Below the pieces are notes generated by a model. It searched no databases and was not told where the DNA came from. It saw nothing but the letters and a program-made list of their open reading frames with translations. The position numbers and the translations under genes are program-made. Positions 49,895 to 63,600 of a stretch of 64,000 bases of DNA are shown here, piece after piece; the stretch's first letter is position 1; each line of letters starts with the position of its first letter. Location of the stretch: assembly GCF_035084215.1 (NCBI RefSeq), contig NC_090346.1, forward strand, positions 47,244,001 to 47,308,000. Reading direction: 5' to 3'. This stretch comes from Heptranchias perlo. Its lineage: Eukaryota.

Positions 49895-50634
49895 TATATT
49901 GATTTTCGCGGTGAGCAGCGAACGAACGGCACTCGTTGGATTTAAAGTTACCCACAAACTATCCATGGGCTTTTGGGCACCAGCTTCCTGCAATGGGAGC
50001 CAAAAAAAGTGCAACATCTTCTCCCAGGCATTTGAGCCGTGTGAGCAGGAAAGAAACTGTGTATCCCCTTAACCAATCAGATTGAAACATCATTAACAAG
50101 CCACGCAGACACAGAACCAGGAAGTGTTTGTTAGACTAGTAAATTCAATGTAAAATCAGTTACAGAAAGCAAAGTAAAGAGAGGGCAAGAAAAATTGAAT
50201 TAAGAGACAGGTAAAAGAGAAATAAAGAAAGTAAAAAAAAAAATAATAATTTTGATGGAATGAGACTCCACGCTTGTAAAAGTAAATTTTCAGTGCAGAG
50301 AGGTTGTTTGGCAGTAATAAAGACTTACCGTGCCGTTAAAACTTCGGTTATACTAAAAAAAAAAGCTTGATGTACTTTTTTCTGGCACAAATAATTCGTT
50401 TCCAGCTGGACAGTGCAGCAATTTCGCGCCATTGCAGCCATTTGACTGGGAAGTCAGCTGGCGAGCTGCCCTTTCTGCGCAGTTTTCGGAGGAGCAGGGC
50501 ATCTGGAAGAGCAACTTCCAGATTTCCGTGTTTGACTGCTCGTTTGCGATAGCCAGAAGTTGCTCTTCCGTCTGCCCTGAAATAACAGCGAGCCCTGTTA
50601 GGATTGCTGTTATTTTCAGAGCAAATTCCAGGCC
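49895..50634. mobile_element. Second, inverted copy of the roughly 750-bp MITE, in BAIAP2L1 intron 1
   Basis: 50065-50190 is similar to the reverse complement of 17940-18060; right end gttattttcagagcaaattccaggcc resembles the TIR. Confidence 0.65.
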
Positions 50635-50724
50635 AATGTGTCAAAACACTGAAATTGCTGTAACAAATGTTCCTTCAGAAATGAAATGGTTGAACTTTGT
50701 AACTACAAAAAAATTGTTTGACTA

Positions 50725-51210
50725 TAAGAACGTAAGAAATAGGAGTAGGCCATATACCCCCTCGAGCCTGCTCCTCAACTCCACTTTCCCGCCTGATCCC
50801 CGTATCCCTTGATTCCCTTAGAGCCCAAAAATCTATTGACCTCAGCCTTGAATATACTCAACGACTGAACATCTGTAACCCTCTGGGGTAGAAAATTCCA
50901 AAGATTCACAACCCTCTGAGTGAAGAAATTTCTCCTCATCTCTCCTAAATGTCTGACCCTTATCCTGAGACTGTACCCCCTAGTTCTAGACTCTCCAGCC
51001 AGGTGAAACAGCCTCTCTACCCTGTCAAGCCCTCCCAGAATCCTATGTTTCAATGAGATCACCTCTCACGCTTCTAAACTCCAGAGAGTATAGGCCCATT
51101 CTACTCAACCTCTCCTCATAGAACAACCCTCTCATCCCAGGAATCAGTCTGGTGAACCTTCTTTGCACTGCGTCTAAGGCAAGTATATCCTTCCTTAGGT
51201 AAGGAGACCA
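50725..51210 (-). mobile_element. CR1 3' fragment in intron 1
   Basis: WSPYLRKDILAL...QRRFTRLIPGM...RRNFFTQRVVNLW on the minus strand. Confidence 0.88.
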
Positions 51211-51517
51211 AAGGTTTGGTAACATTTTACTTTGGCAATCAAAGATGGTGAGCCAGTTATGGCTGCTACTACAGAAAACTGCAAAGCATCATCAGTGTTT
51301 ATAACTGAAATACAGGTGCTCAGTCTTGTTTACATATTCATATGTTCTTGCGTCATTTCACAATGCTTCTGGAATTGTTGCCATTTATAGACATTTTTCA
51401 GTTTCAAAGTCATGCAATTAATGTCATCCAACATTTCAAAGAGCTCCACTATGTTATAATAATGATAAAAGTAATACAGCTAAATATTACCTTTAAATTC
51501 TTTTTGTTTTTCTTCAG

Positions 51518-51593
51518 ACTGTAATGGAACAGTTTAATCCAGGATTACGGAATCTTGTAAATCTGGGCAAAAATTATGAAAAAACTGTTAGTG
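51518..51593 (+). CDS. BAIAP2L1: BAIAP2L1 coding exon 2, [25 protein letters not shown](G/A)
   Basis: Polypyrimidine acceptor tttttgtttttcttcag|, 76-nt exon, donor G|GTAAGT. In frame with exon 1 and encodes the IMD helix-1 motif [20 protein letters not shown]. Confidence 0.95.
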
Positions 51594-53269
51594 GTAAGTG
51601 CTCAATTTAAATATTTGCTGAGCAGGTGATAGTTCATTAAGGTGTGCCGTTTACTGCACTTTGTGATTAAGGTTCCTGGCAACGCAAGGAAGAACCACTA
51701 GTTCCAGGCACTGCTTATCAACTTCAGGCAGTGATGTTCTGACAGATAATCCAGACTGGATAGGGATGCTGGCTAGTAAACATAGTGTGGTTGAAAGTTT
51801 TGTTGTTCATTCTTTCAAAACTACATTTTCAAAACTTTCAAAAGTGCAACTTATGATCATAAGCATTATCTGATACTTTTGCTTTATTTGTATACCAGAA
51901 TCTCTGCTTACAGGTTTAGTGATGCCTCGAAGTAAATGTGTCACCAATAATGTCTGTCACTATTTTGGTCTTTGATTCCATTTTTATGAAAGATGCATAA
52001 TGTTAAAACTGAAAATGTTTGTGCAGAAACAAATGGTGCATCTGATTTGTTACAAATGTACAATTTTTTAAAAATAGCGAGATATATTCTATGATATTGT
52101 AACTACATGGGGAGGAATAATAGGAGGAATATGAGGATTGGTTCAAAACTGAAGGGTGGAGGTCATCAAATAATGCTTTCTGGTATTAAGGACAGGAAGG
52201 AAGTTCTCCGAAAGAATTGAGGAGGCAATCAATGTGGCTGGCAGCATTTGTATGGTCAGCCTATCCTGGAAACATGGTTGCATTGAACTTCATGGCCTGC
52301 TGTAGACAATAACCTGTATTCATACACGTAGGGATAACTGGAGAACTTGCAACCGATAAATCAGTTAGCCTTAGAAGTAGAAACACAAATAGCACCCCCA
52401 GGCTTGGTTGTGACCAAGTCTATTTATGCAATAAATTTTGAAATATTTTTCTCCAACTCACTCTTTTTCTGTAGTATGGAGAACTTATTTTAGGTTTCTC
52501 CACGTAAAAACATATATGGGTGTATTTTCCCCCATTTGCTAATACTAGCGAAAATGTTGGCGGAAATATTAAGCAGATTTCATCAAACGCAAAATCCCAC
52601 AATCCAGTTATCGATGTCCTTGCCAAACCCACTGGCTCCCTGTGGCCAAACAAATTGATTTCCTAAGATCTTCATCCTCACTTTGAAATCCCTCCATAGC
52701 TTGGCCCCACCCTACTTCTAGTGATATGTCCCGACACACACACTCCACTACTCTAATACTATTGTCACTGCACCACTGAATTTTCATCTTATTTCTCTCA
52801 AGCTGCAAACATACAGTTCTACATGTTCGTCCTCTCTACATCCTCACTGTATTGAAATCAAGATTCTTTTGTGCTGTCCACTACTATAACTGTTACCTCC
52901 CTCAGCCTTTCCTTCTTACTAGGATGCACTTTTAAACCAAAGCTTGGTGTTATGTAATCATTATTTCCTGATTTACCTCCTTTTTTTCCAGTCAGTAATA
53001 TCTTGCAGTATGGTCTTGGCACTTCACCTTGGTTTATTACTAAAAAAACAGGAACGGGAGCTTATGCATCAGATGGTGTACTGTCCTCCATTCGCTAATT
53101 TAATAATAAACTTGCATATTTATTCTACTCATCTGCTGTTTCAGCCATTATACTATTTGCTCTCTGGAATTCCCTCCCCAATCCTTTCTGCACACCACTT
53201 CCCTCATTGCTTTAAAAGGCCTCCTAAGATCCCTCCTCTCAGATAGCTTTCAGCTCCACACCTTAACTC

Positions 53270-53643
53270 ATTTGATTGAGGCTTTTAGGATTTTGAAAGG
53301 AATTGATAGGGTAGATAGAGAGAAATTTTTTCCACTGGTGGGGGAGTCTAGGACAAGGGGACGTAACCTTAAAATCAGAGCCAGGCCATTCAGAAGAGAA
53401 GTTAAGAAACACTTCTTCACACAAAGGGTGGTAGAAGTGTGGAACACTCCCACAAAAAGCAGTAGATGCTAGCTCAATTAATAATTTTAAATCTGAGATT
53501 GATAGATCTTTGTGAGTCAAGGGTATTAAGGGATGTGGAGCCAAGATGGGTAAATGGAATTTGGATACAGATCAGCCATGATCTCATTGAATGGCAAAAC
53601 AGGCTAGAGGGGCTGAATGGCCTGCTCCTGTTCCTGTGTTCCT
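53270..53643 (+). mobile_element. CR1 3' fragment in intron 2
   Basis: IEAFRILKGIDRVD...KHFFTQRVVEVWN plus 3' UTR. Confidence 0.85.
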
Positions 53644-56464
53644 AGTTGTAGGGAATAGGACTACTTTTTGACTGATATCTCAGTTCTTGCTTGTTTCCTG
53701 CCATTTCATCTTCATTATATCTCACTTTCACACAGATACTCTCTCCTCCCTCTCACTCCTCCCCTCCCTCATATATAAAATGCAATTTTACTTGTCATAG
53801 AGCTTGTTTACATATCTATGGGGATAGTTAAAATTAGTTATTTTTACCAATTTCAACAGATAAATTCCCAGATTTTTCATTTTGGGCGGTGAATTAGTAA
53901 AAAAAAAATTTTTCCCCATGAATTTGAGGATAAAGCACACTATTACCCATTTTTTTTAAACCAAAGTTTGGGTTTGAAGATGAGCATGCTTGTGCTGCTG
54001 TGGAAGCAGTGTTGTCAGCACTGGTGCGATGCACATGCATTGTGGGAACCAATTTTTAGTTGGAAAAGAAACAAAAGCTGTGTAATTTGGATTATTTTAT
54101 GGGAACCTGGATTATTTTTAGGTTTTACTCTGAGGACTATACTATTTATACTGCAGAAAATGTCAATCTTTCATTCCTAGTTAGGTATAGAACAGGGACA
54201 GCAGCACACTGACACTGATGGCTCTCTAAGGACGAAGGTTATTCAAGACTGACTCAGGTCACACATGAAGGCATTGTTTATTAAAAGCCAAATTGCAGTT
54301 GTTGTCCTCTTCATAACCCTCAACAATTTTTATTATCTCACCATTACAGTGGCAGGTAAGTGGCTAGAGCCACAGCGGTAAATATAGGCACCTGGAATTT
54401 CTGCGGGGATCTCCAGATCTTTACCTCCTAGGTTAGGATTGTTGCTTGTGTGCGTACATATGATTCCCAACTGTGACTACCTTTCAAAAGTACATCATTG
54501 GCTAGAAAGCGTTTGTGACATCTTGAGGTCATGAAAGGCACTATATAAATGCAATTTCTTTCTTTCCTTTACATATCTTTTTACTCGCTCTGTGTCGATT
54601 TTCTTTGGTCAACTTGGTGCCTGTATTCCTCTGCTGTGCTGCCCGGCACCTGTCCAAGTGACCTGTGCATTTAGTCTGCTCCTGATTGCATTACAACAGA
54701 GGTTTGCATTCCAGCTTCACCTGCAGCCTATGAACAAATTTAGAACAAAAATGTTGGATGGTCTTCAGTCCTACATTTCACTATTCCAGAATCAGATAAT
54801 TGCAGTTATAGGTCACACTATACAAGCATTTAAATGATGTCCTCCAAAATTCAATTCAGAGTGCACCTATGTACTGATTAGAATATTGCTCCATTGTTGA
54901 TCTTCATAAATTGCTTTCAAATGATGAATCTTTTGTTCTTGTGAAAGATCTCCCACGACACGCTTTCGTTGGTACAGTGTCATATAGGCTAAATTTAAAT
55001 TTTTCATATTTCCCACTGGCTTTCTTGCCAGTGTAGCTAAAATTAAGGTGTGCTGAGGGAAAATGCTTGCTTACCTAGACTAGAAATTGAGGTCCGGATA
55101 AGGGAAATACAGAAATTGCTTAAAAACCTCATTAAATTTGGTGCTAAGCTTTCAGTGTAATTGATTTAGCACAATGACAGCATCAGAGAATCATCATCTG
55201 AGAAGGATTTTAAGGGAAAAGGCCTTAATAAACACATAGTCCTTGAGAAGTGGTTTAGAAGATACAATACAACCAGTTTGTCCCTCTGTCAGCAGTATAA
55301 TCAAGATCAAGGAAGGGCTTGCACACTTTTGTAAAACCAAATTCAAAAGTATTACATATACTAAAAGAATTTAAGGTATTGACTAAGCTGTCTATGATCC
55401 TGAAAAAACCAAAAGGATAAAGAAGAATAAAAGGAGTCCAAAGGTATGAAAAAGCTGATCTGACTAGTAGGTGAAAGGTTGACTTTTAAAGTAACATAAT
55501 TTAGGATGAAATGAACAACTGGGATAATTCCAGCAGGAATAATACTGTTCACAGTATTTGGCTTATCAGAAGATGTGGATCAAAAGTCCAGATTTATATT
55601 CATACAAAAAAATCAAAAGTAGTGCTACTGGTTATTGTTCTAGAGCTGAGGAGAATCGTTTTGTGGATTTTTGGAAAGCTTTAGAAAGGGGTTATTATAC
55701 ACCCATTATTTAAAGTGCCCTAATTCTTGGCTAAAGATCTTGCTTTAAAGTCAATCTATGCCATTTTGCATGTCTGAACTCTCCTTTTTTGTATGTCTTT
55801 GTTTCTTCACTCTTAATTCATGGCTTTGTGTGTCTTTCATTTCTTCATTGCATCTCTGTTTTCATCTCTTATAAATCTATCTTGTTTTGCTCTAAGTTTC
55901 CAAGTTCTAGTTAAAAACCGATACTTTTCAAGTTGATTTACTTATCTGAGAAATTTACCACACTTCCTCATGTTACAATTGTCTGCTGAAATTGCTCATC
56001 AAAGCTGTAGTATTAAGTAGGATAGCTGGCTAGTAAATAGGTCAATCCTATCAGCACTTCTCTACTTAAATAGTCAGAAATTCAATAGTTACTACATTCA
56101 TTTCTATAGAATTATGAATGATTAACATCAACATTCTTTTGTTCAATGCCACCAGCCCACCCTCACAGATTTATGATCTCTAATTTAATTAGTTAATTCA
56201 TTCTATCATGTGAACAAAATGTTAAATAATATTATTTGTATGTGTGACTTTATAATTTGTGTACATCTGTCCCGTGTGAATTATAACATTGTACCCAACT
56301 GCTAAATAACAATGGTATCACATGCTGTACTGCTTACGTCTCCATATCCTGCAGGTATGATTACAGTAAAACATTTGCCTTGTTGCAGATGATGTTTCCA
56401 TACGCTTTTGTTTGCATGTAAATTATGTTTGCACATAGAATTCGTAAAAGAAAGAAATATGCTG

Positions 56465-59400
56465 TTCTAGGAGGAGTGTTTGCTAGTGCTGTTGGGGAGG
56501 GTTTAAACTAAAGTGGCAGGGGGTTGGGAACCTGAGCAGGGAGAGAGAGGAAAGCGTAACAGGAAGGGACAGAAGGTATGGAGTAATAGGTAAAGTGTTA
56601 AAAAAGGAAAAAGCAGGAACTAAGCGTCACAAAACAGATTTGAAAGTTCTTTATCTGAATGCACGTAGCATTCGTAACAAAATGGACGAGTTAACGGCAC
56701 AAATAACTACGTATGGGTATGATCTTGTGGCCATTACAGAAACATGGCTGCAGGGTGACAACGACTGGGAATTAAATATGCCAGGGTATTTAACAATCAG
56801 GAAGGACAGGCAGGAAGGAAGGGGAGGTGGGGTGGCTATGTTAATAAAGGAAGGAATCACTGTAATACAGATAAATGATATTGGGACAAAGCATCAAGAT
56901 AATGAAACAGTTTGGGTGGAGATAAGGAATAATAAGGGGAAAAAAACATTAGTGGGCATAGTATATAGGCCTCCTAATAGTTGCAACTCTGCTGGAAGAA
57001 GTATTAATCAGGAAATAGTCGGGGCATGTAATAAGGGAACAGCTATAATTATGGGGGATTTTAATTATCATATTAACTGGACAAATCAAATTGGGCAGAG
57101 CAGCCTTGAGGACGAGTTCATTGAGTGCATCAGGGATGGATTTCTTGAGCAGTATGTAACTGATCCTACAAGGGGGCAGGCAACCTTGGACCTGGACCTG
57201 GTCCTGTGTAATGAGTCAGGATTAATTAATAATGTCCTAGTTAAGGATCCCCTTGGAACGAGCGACCACAACATGGTTGAATTCCATATCCAATTAGAGG
57301 GTGAGAAGGTTGATTCTCAAACAAGCGTACTGAGCTTGAATAAAGGAGACTATGATGGTATGAGAGCGTAATTGATCAAAGTGGACTGGGAAAATAGATT
57401 AAAGGGTAAGACGGTACATGAGCAGTGGTGTTCATTTAGGGAGTTATTTTACAACTTTCAAAATAAATATATTCCACTGAGGAAAAAAGGGTGTAAAAGA
57501 AATTACAGCCATCCGTGGCTAAGTAAAGAAATCAAGGATAGTATCCGACTAAAAACAAGGACATATAAGGTAGCCAAACTTAGTGGGAGGATAGAAGATT
57601 GGGAATTCTTCAAAAGACAGCAAAAAGTAACTAAAGGATTGATTAAGAAAGGGAAGTTAGATTATGAAAAGAAATTAGCAAAAAATATAAAAACAGATAG
57701 CAAGAGTTTCTATAGTTATATAAAAAGAAAAAGGGTGGCTAAGGCAAACGTAGGTCCCTTAGAGGATGAGACCGGGAAATTAATGGTGGGAAACATGGAG
57801 ATGGCAAAAATGCTGAACAAATATTTTGTTTCAGTCTTTACAGTAGAGGACACTAAGAATATCCCAACACTGGACAAACAGGGGACTCTACGGGGGGAGG
57901 AGCTAAATACGATTAAAATCACTCAGGAGATGGTACTCAGTAAAATAATGGGACTCAAAGCGGATAAATCCCCTGGACCTGATGGCTTCCATCCTAGGGT
58001 CTTGAGGGAAGTGGCAGTAGGGATTGTGGATGCTTTGGTGATAGTTTTCCAAAATTCCCTGGACTCCGGAGAGGTCCCAGCAGATTGGAAAACTGCTAAT
58101 GTAACACCGTTATTTAAAAAGGGTAGTAGGCAGAAGGCTGGAAATTATAGGCCAGTTAGCTTAACATCTGTGGTGGGTAAAATTTTGGAGTCTATTATTA
58201 AGGAGACAGTAACGGAACATTTAGATAAGCATAAATTAATAGGACAAAGTCAGCATGGCTTTATGAAGGGGAAGTCATGTCTGAAATTTGCTTGAGTTCT
58301 TTGAGGATATAACGTACAGGGTGGATAAAGGGGAACCAGTGGACATAGTGTATTTAGACTTCCAGAAGGCATTCGACAAGGTGCCACATAAAAGATTATT
58401 ACTTAAGATAAAAAATCACGGGATTGGGGGTAATATTCTGGCATGGGTGGAGGATTGGTTATCGAACAGGAAGCAGAGAGTTGGGATAAATGGTTCATTT
58501 TCGGACTGGCAACCAGTAACCAGTGGTGTTCCACAGGGGTCGGTGCTGGGTCCCCAACTCTTTACAATCGATATTAACGATTTGGAGGAGGGGACCGAGT
58601 GCAACATATCAAAATTTGCAGATGATACAAAGATGGGAGGGAAAGTAGAGAGTGAGGAGGACATAAAAAACCTGCAAGGGGATATAGACAGGCTGGGTGA
58701 GTGGGCGGAGATTTGGCAGATGCAATATAATATTGGAAAATGTGAGGTTATGCACTTTGGCAGGAAAAATCAGAGAGCAAGTTATTTTCTTAATGGCGAG
58801 AGACTGGAAAGTACTGCAGTACAAAGGGATCTGGGGGTCCTAGTGCAAGAAAATCAAAAAGTTGGTATGCAGGTGCAGCAGGTGATCAAGAAAGCCAACG
58901 GAATGTTGGCTTTTATTGCTAGGGGGATAGAATATAAAAACAGGGAGGTATTGCTGCAGTTATATAAGGTATTGGTGAGACCGCACCTGGAATACTGCAT
59001 ACAGTTTTGGTCTCCATACTTAAGAAAAGACATACTTGCTCTCGAGGCAGTACAAAGAAGGTTCACTCGGCTAATCCCGGGGATGAGGGGGTGGACATAT
59101 GAGGAGAGGTTGAGTAGATTGGGACTCTACTCATTGGAGTTCAGAAGAATGAGAGGCGATCTTATTGAAACATATAAGATTGTGAAGGGGCTTGATCGGG
59201 TGGATGCAGTAAGGATGTTCCCAAAGATGGGTGAAACTAGAACGAGGGGGCATAATCTTAGAATAAGGGGCTGCTCTTTCAAAACTGAGATGAGGAGAAA
59301 CTTCTTCACTCAGAGGGTGGTAGGTCTGTGGAATTTGCTGCCCCAGGAAGCTGTGGCAGCTACATCATTAGATAAATTTAAAACAGAAATAGACAGTTTT

Positions 59401-59648
59401 CTAGAAGTAAAGGGAATTAGGGGTTATGGGGAGCGGGCAGGAAATTGGACATGAAGCTGAGTTCGGATCGGTCAATGCCCTGTGGGTGGCGGAGAGGGCC
59501 CAGGGGCTGTGTGGCCGGGTCCTGCTCCTACTTCTTGTGTTCTTTAGATTTGTGGTTGGGATCAGATCAGCCATGATCTTATTGAATGGCGGAGCAGGCT
59601 CGAGGGGCCGATTGGCCTACTCCTGCTCCAATTTCTTATGTTCTTATG
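56465..59648 (+). mobile_element. Young CR1 LINE: end of ORF1 plus nearly intact ORF2 (APE endonuclease and RT), in BAIAP2L1 intron 2
   Basis: ORF1 end ...GVFASAVGEGLN*; ORF2 motifs YLNARSI, ITETW, GDFN, SDH, KSPGPDG, NYRPVSLTS, YLDFQKAFD, GVPQGSVLGP, FADD; ttcttatg tail repeats; TSD ATGCTG (56459-56464 and 59649-59654). Lesions: TAA at 57369-57371 and a frameshift near 58285. Confidence 0.95.
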
Positions 59649-60696
59649 ATGCTGAACTACAGCATCCATAGGGTATTTGCATTTCAAAATTTTACATGCC
59701 ACTACTTTACATCATGCATTTTTGATTTGTATCATAGTAAAAAAAACTATAAAATGCTAAATAAAGATAATTCTTGCATATCATTTGAGGCTGATGACAA
59801 CATTAATACATTTTCCCCAATGCATATTGTGTGCCTCCAGTTTAGAGAAGGTTTTTTATTATAATATTTTAACTATGGAGGAAAAACTGCAGCAGGCGAA
59901 TTTATTGTCCAAGAAAATTGTAAAATCTAACTTTTTTTTCTTAAGTATGTTGTCTAGATTGGTGTATTATGTATTTGCTGTTAATTTTTATTCAAAGGTT
60001 TTTAAAATATTGAAGTTAAATACAAGCAGATACATACTTCAAATTATCTAAATTGTCTAAATCCAAGTGATAAGACCATACTGGGACTTGTGCGATAATT
60101 TTACACTCATTCATGTTTCTAACATTTGCCCAAGTTAATCTGAATTCTAGTCCCAACACTTTTATAACATTATCTCACACTGAGTCATTCCTGTGAACAG
60201 GGTGAGGTAACAATGAATAATTGTTGCAGACAGTAGGGCTCACCCAGAAGTTAATCGTAATTGAACTTAACAGAGCAGTTATCATTATTATGAACTAGTC
60301 TGGCATTTTGAAGATGGGCAAATGGACTTTGTCTGGTTATAAAAGTACAATTAGTTCATTACAATACAGAAACTATATCCTTATCTGATTGATAAGCTTG
60401 TTCTGGAGTTCCTATATAAAAAAAAATTCCCCTTGTAACTTGCATATCTTTGTATATGCAAAGTATCTTTTTCCCTGTAATTTGCATCACCAAGTCCAAT
60501 GTCTGTTGTAATATTTACTTCTGCCGATTGCATTACCAAAAGTCTGTGTTGTTCACCTTTCCTACGTCAAAGGAATAACAAAACCTATACATTCAGGTAG
60601 TCCAGTGATGAATTAGAGGTGTGTGAGATAAATGCTTTTAGCTGTATGCACAGGAGTAGCTGTACTGTTTATCTGTGTATTGCTGATACAAAAATC

Positions 60697-63600
60697 AGAG
60701 GACTACACTGGAAGCGACAGCACCCTCCAACTCCAGGATGCCGGGAGCAGTGAAGTGCCCAGTGCACACCAGCTCTGGGACACTGGGAGCAGCACCGCAG
60801 AGAGCGAAGACCGGCTCCAGGAAACTGGGAGCAGCAACAACGAGGAGCCCCAGCCGATCGAGGGTCGCACGGGCCCTCCACCTGACACCACGCCGCCGAT
60901 GTCACCCAGGCGGAACTACGGCCCCCTCTCTGAGGCAGAACAGGACTCATACCTCAACTCAGGGAGCGTGGAACACTTTGCACAGATCACCTGGATGCAG
61001 AGACACGGCCAAGAGCTGGAAACAGCAAACGGACTGTCGGGTGAGACTTTAAACAGTTTTTAAAATGGGTCTGAAAGTCGCATCCATTAACGTGCGTAGC
61101 ATTAAATGCACTACGCGATGTGTGTCGACTGTGGACTACCTGGCCAAGGTCAAAAGCGACCTGCTGTTCTTGCAGGAGTGCACCTCAGCAATTGCCGGCA
61201 ATGGTTGCAGTGGTGGGCCGTCGATCTGGTTGGGAGGCAACGATAGCCGTGTCTCCGGCCTGGGGATTTTGCTGCGGGGAGGCAACTTCACCATCACCGA
61301 AGTAAAGGAGGTGGTGGGGGATCACCTCCTCGTAGCAGACGTAATGTACAAAAACGCTCCGCTCCGGCTGATCAACGTGTAAGCCCCGACTCTAAACAGC
61401 GAGCGGCTGGCCATCTTCCAGCAGCTCCCACTGCTACAGGCAAAGTCCAGGCCGGTCGTTCTCGGCGGTGACTTCAACTGCATCATCGATGCAGCTGGAC
61501 GATCCGGCAGAGCCGACAACAAACTGGACACCACGTCCAAACTCCTGATGGAAGCGGTGAAAGACGCCAAGCTGTGCGACATCTTCAGCAACCCTGCAGA
61601 CGGAGCGGCGCGTCAATACACCTGGTCCAGACCAGACGGGTCCGTCCGTTCCAGGATAGCCTTCCTGTTTGTGTCCCCGAAGCTCAAAGTCAGACCCACC
61701 AAGGTCACACCCGTTCTTCTCTGACCACTGCCTCCTCCTGGCCAACTGTCACCTACAGGACGATCAGAGAGTGGGCAGGGGAACGTGGAAGCTGAACGTG
61801 AAACTGTTGAGCCCGGGAAGCACTGAGGAACTGAAGAGGGATTACAAAGGTTGGAGAACCGTACAGCCCCTCTTTGATTTCCCCAGTGCACTGATTGGAA
61901 GCCATCAAGGCAAACATCAAGAGGTTCTTCATCCTCAAAGGTGTTCAGAAGACAAGAGAGAGGCAGAGGAAAACATCCCGACTCCAGAAAGGCATGCAGA
62001 ATAATCTTCTGCTGCAGTCGATAGGGATCGATGTCGGGGAGGAACTCAGAGAGGTGAAGGACCAGCAAGCCTCGCTCTTTGTCTCCGAGGCCTCCAAGAT
62101 CATCATCCGGTCCAGAGTCCGCTCTGTGGAGCAGAATGAGACCTGCTCGCGTTTCTTCTTCCAAAAGGTGCACAGAGAGAGCTCTGTGATCAGCAGCCTG
62201 AAGGAAGAGGACGGCTCGGTCACGTTCTCGCAGCCCGACATACTGAGGATCTGCAAATCCTTTTATGCCGGACTGTACGACGCGAAGCCCATAGACAGCG
62301 AGGCCTCCCAATCCTTTTTGTCGTCTCACGGAGGTTCTAGACGACAGCAAACGGGAGAGTCTGGATCACCCGCTAACTCTGGAAGAACTGACAAAGGCCG
62401 TCTCTTCCTTCGAGAAGAGTAGGACTCCTGGAATCGACGGCTTACCGGTGGAGTTGTACTCGGCTGTGTGGGACTGGATAGGCCCAGACCTGCTGGAATT
62501 ATACGGAGGTATGCTTCTGGCAGGCAGCACGTCAGACTCCATCGGGAAAGGCATCATCACCCTCATCTACTAGCAGAAGGGGGAGAGGGAAGAAATCAAA
62601 AATTGGCAACCCATCTCACTACTTAACGTGGACGACTAAAATTCTGTCCAAGGTCATCGCTAATCGGGTCAAGTCAGCCCTGGAGGTGGTGATTCACCCC
62701 GATCAGACCTGCGCTGTACCCGGCAGGAAGATCTCTGATGGCTTGGCGCTACTCAGGGATACGATCGCCTACGTACAGGACAGGGGGGTGAACAACTGCC
62801 TGATCAGCCTGGGCCAGGAGAAGGCCTTGACAGAATATCCCACACGTACATGATGGATGTGCTCTCCAAAATGGGGTTTGGGGAGGAAATCCGCAATTGG
62901 ATCCAACTGCTCTACACAAACATCAGTAGCGCCGTTTCAATCAACGGGTGGGAATCAGAAAGCTTTCCGATCAAATCTGGAGTCAGGCAGGGCTGTCCTC
63001 TCTCCTCCGTCTTGTTCGTGTGCTGCATCGAACCCTTTGCCAAGTCCATCAGGAGGGATGCGGGCATAAGAGGGGTGACGATCCCAGGCAGCAGAGGCAC
63101 TCAGGTCAAGGCCTCCCTGTACATGGACGACGTCGCCGTCTTTTGCTCGGATCAGCTGTCGGTCCGCAGATTGATGAGCATCTGTGACCAGTTCGAACTG
63201 GCCTCGGGCCAGGGTAAATCGTACCAAGAGCGAGGCCACGTTCTTTGGGAACTGGACCGACCGATCCTTTGACCCCTTCACCGTCAGGTCGGATTACCTG
63301 AAGGTGCTGGGGATCTGGATCGGAGGGGCCGGGGCGTGCACCAAGAACTGGAAGGAGCGTATTTCTAAGGTGAAGCAGAAACTGGGACTGTGGAATAGAC
63401 GATCCCTCTCGATTGTGGGCAAAAACCTGGTCATCAAGTGCGAGGTGCTCTCTGTGTTGCTGTACATGGCACAGGTCTGGCCTATACCTCGCTCCTATGC
63501 CGCGACAGTCACCTGAGCCATCTTCCATTTTGTCTGGAGATCAAAAATGGATCATGTCCGCAGGGACACGATGTACAAATCTCTGGAGAAAGGGGAGGAA

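Noticed and set aside
47643-51593. Assignment to BAIAP2 (IRSp53) or BAIAP2L2
   Set aside because: The 17-codon first exon and the residues NRLTESTY and PGLRNLxNLG fit BAIAP2L1 better by my recall; reciprocal BLAST would settle it.
60632-61063. 143-aa ORF with an apparent signal or transmembrane N-terminus
   Set aside because: Chance fusion of AT-rich intron sequence with the tail of the Tx1 LINE ORF1; its stop lies immediately before the ORF2 ATG.
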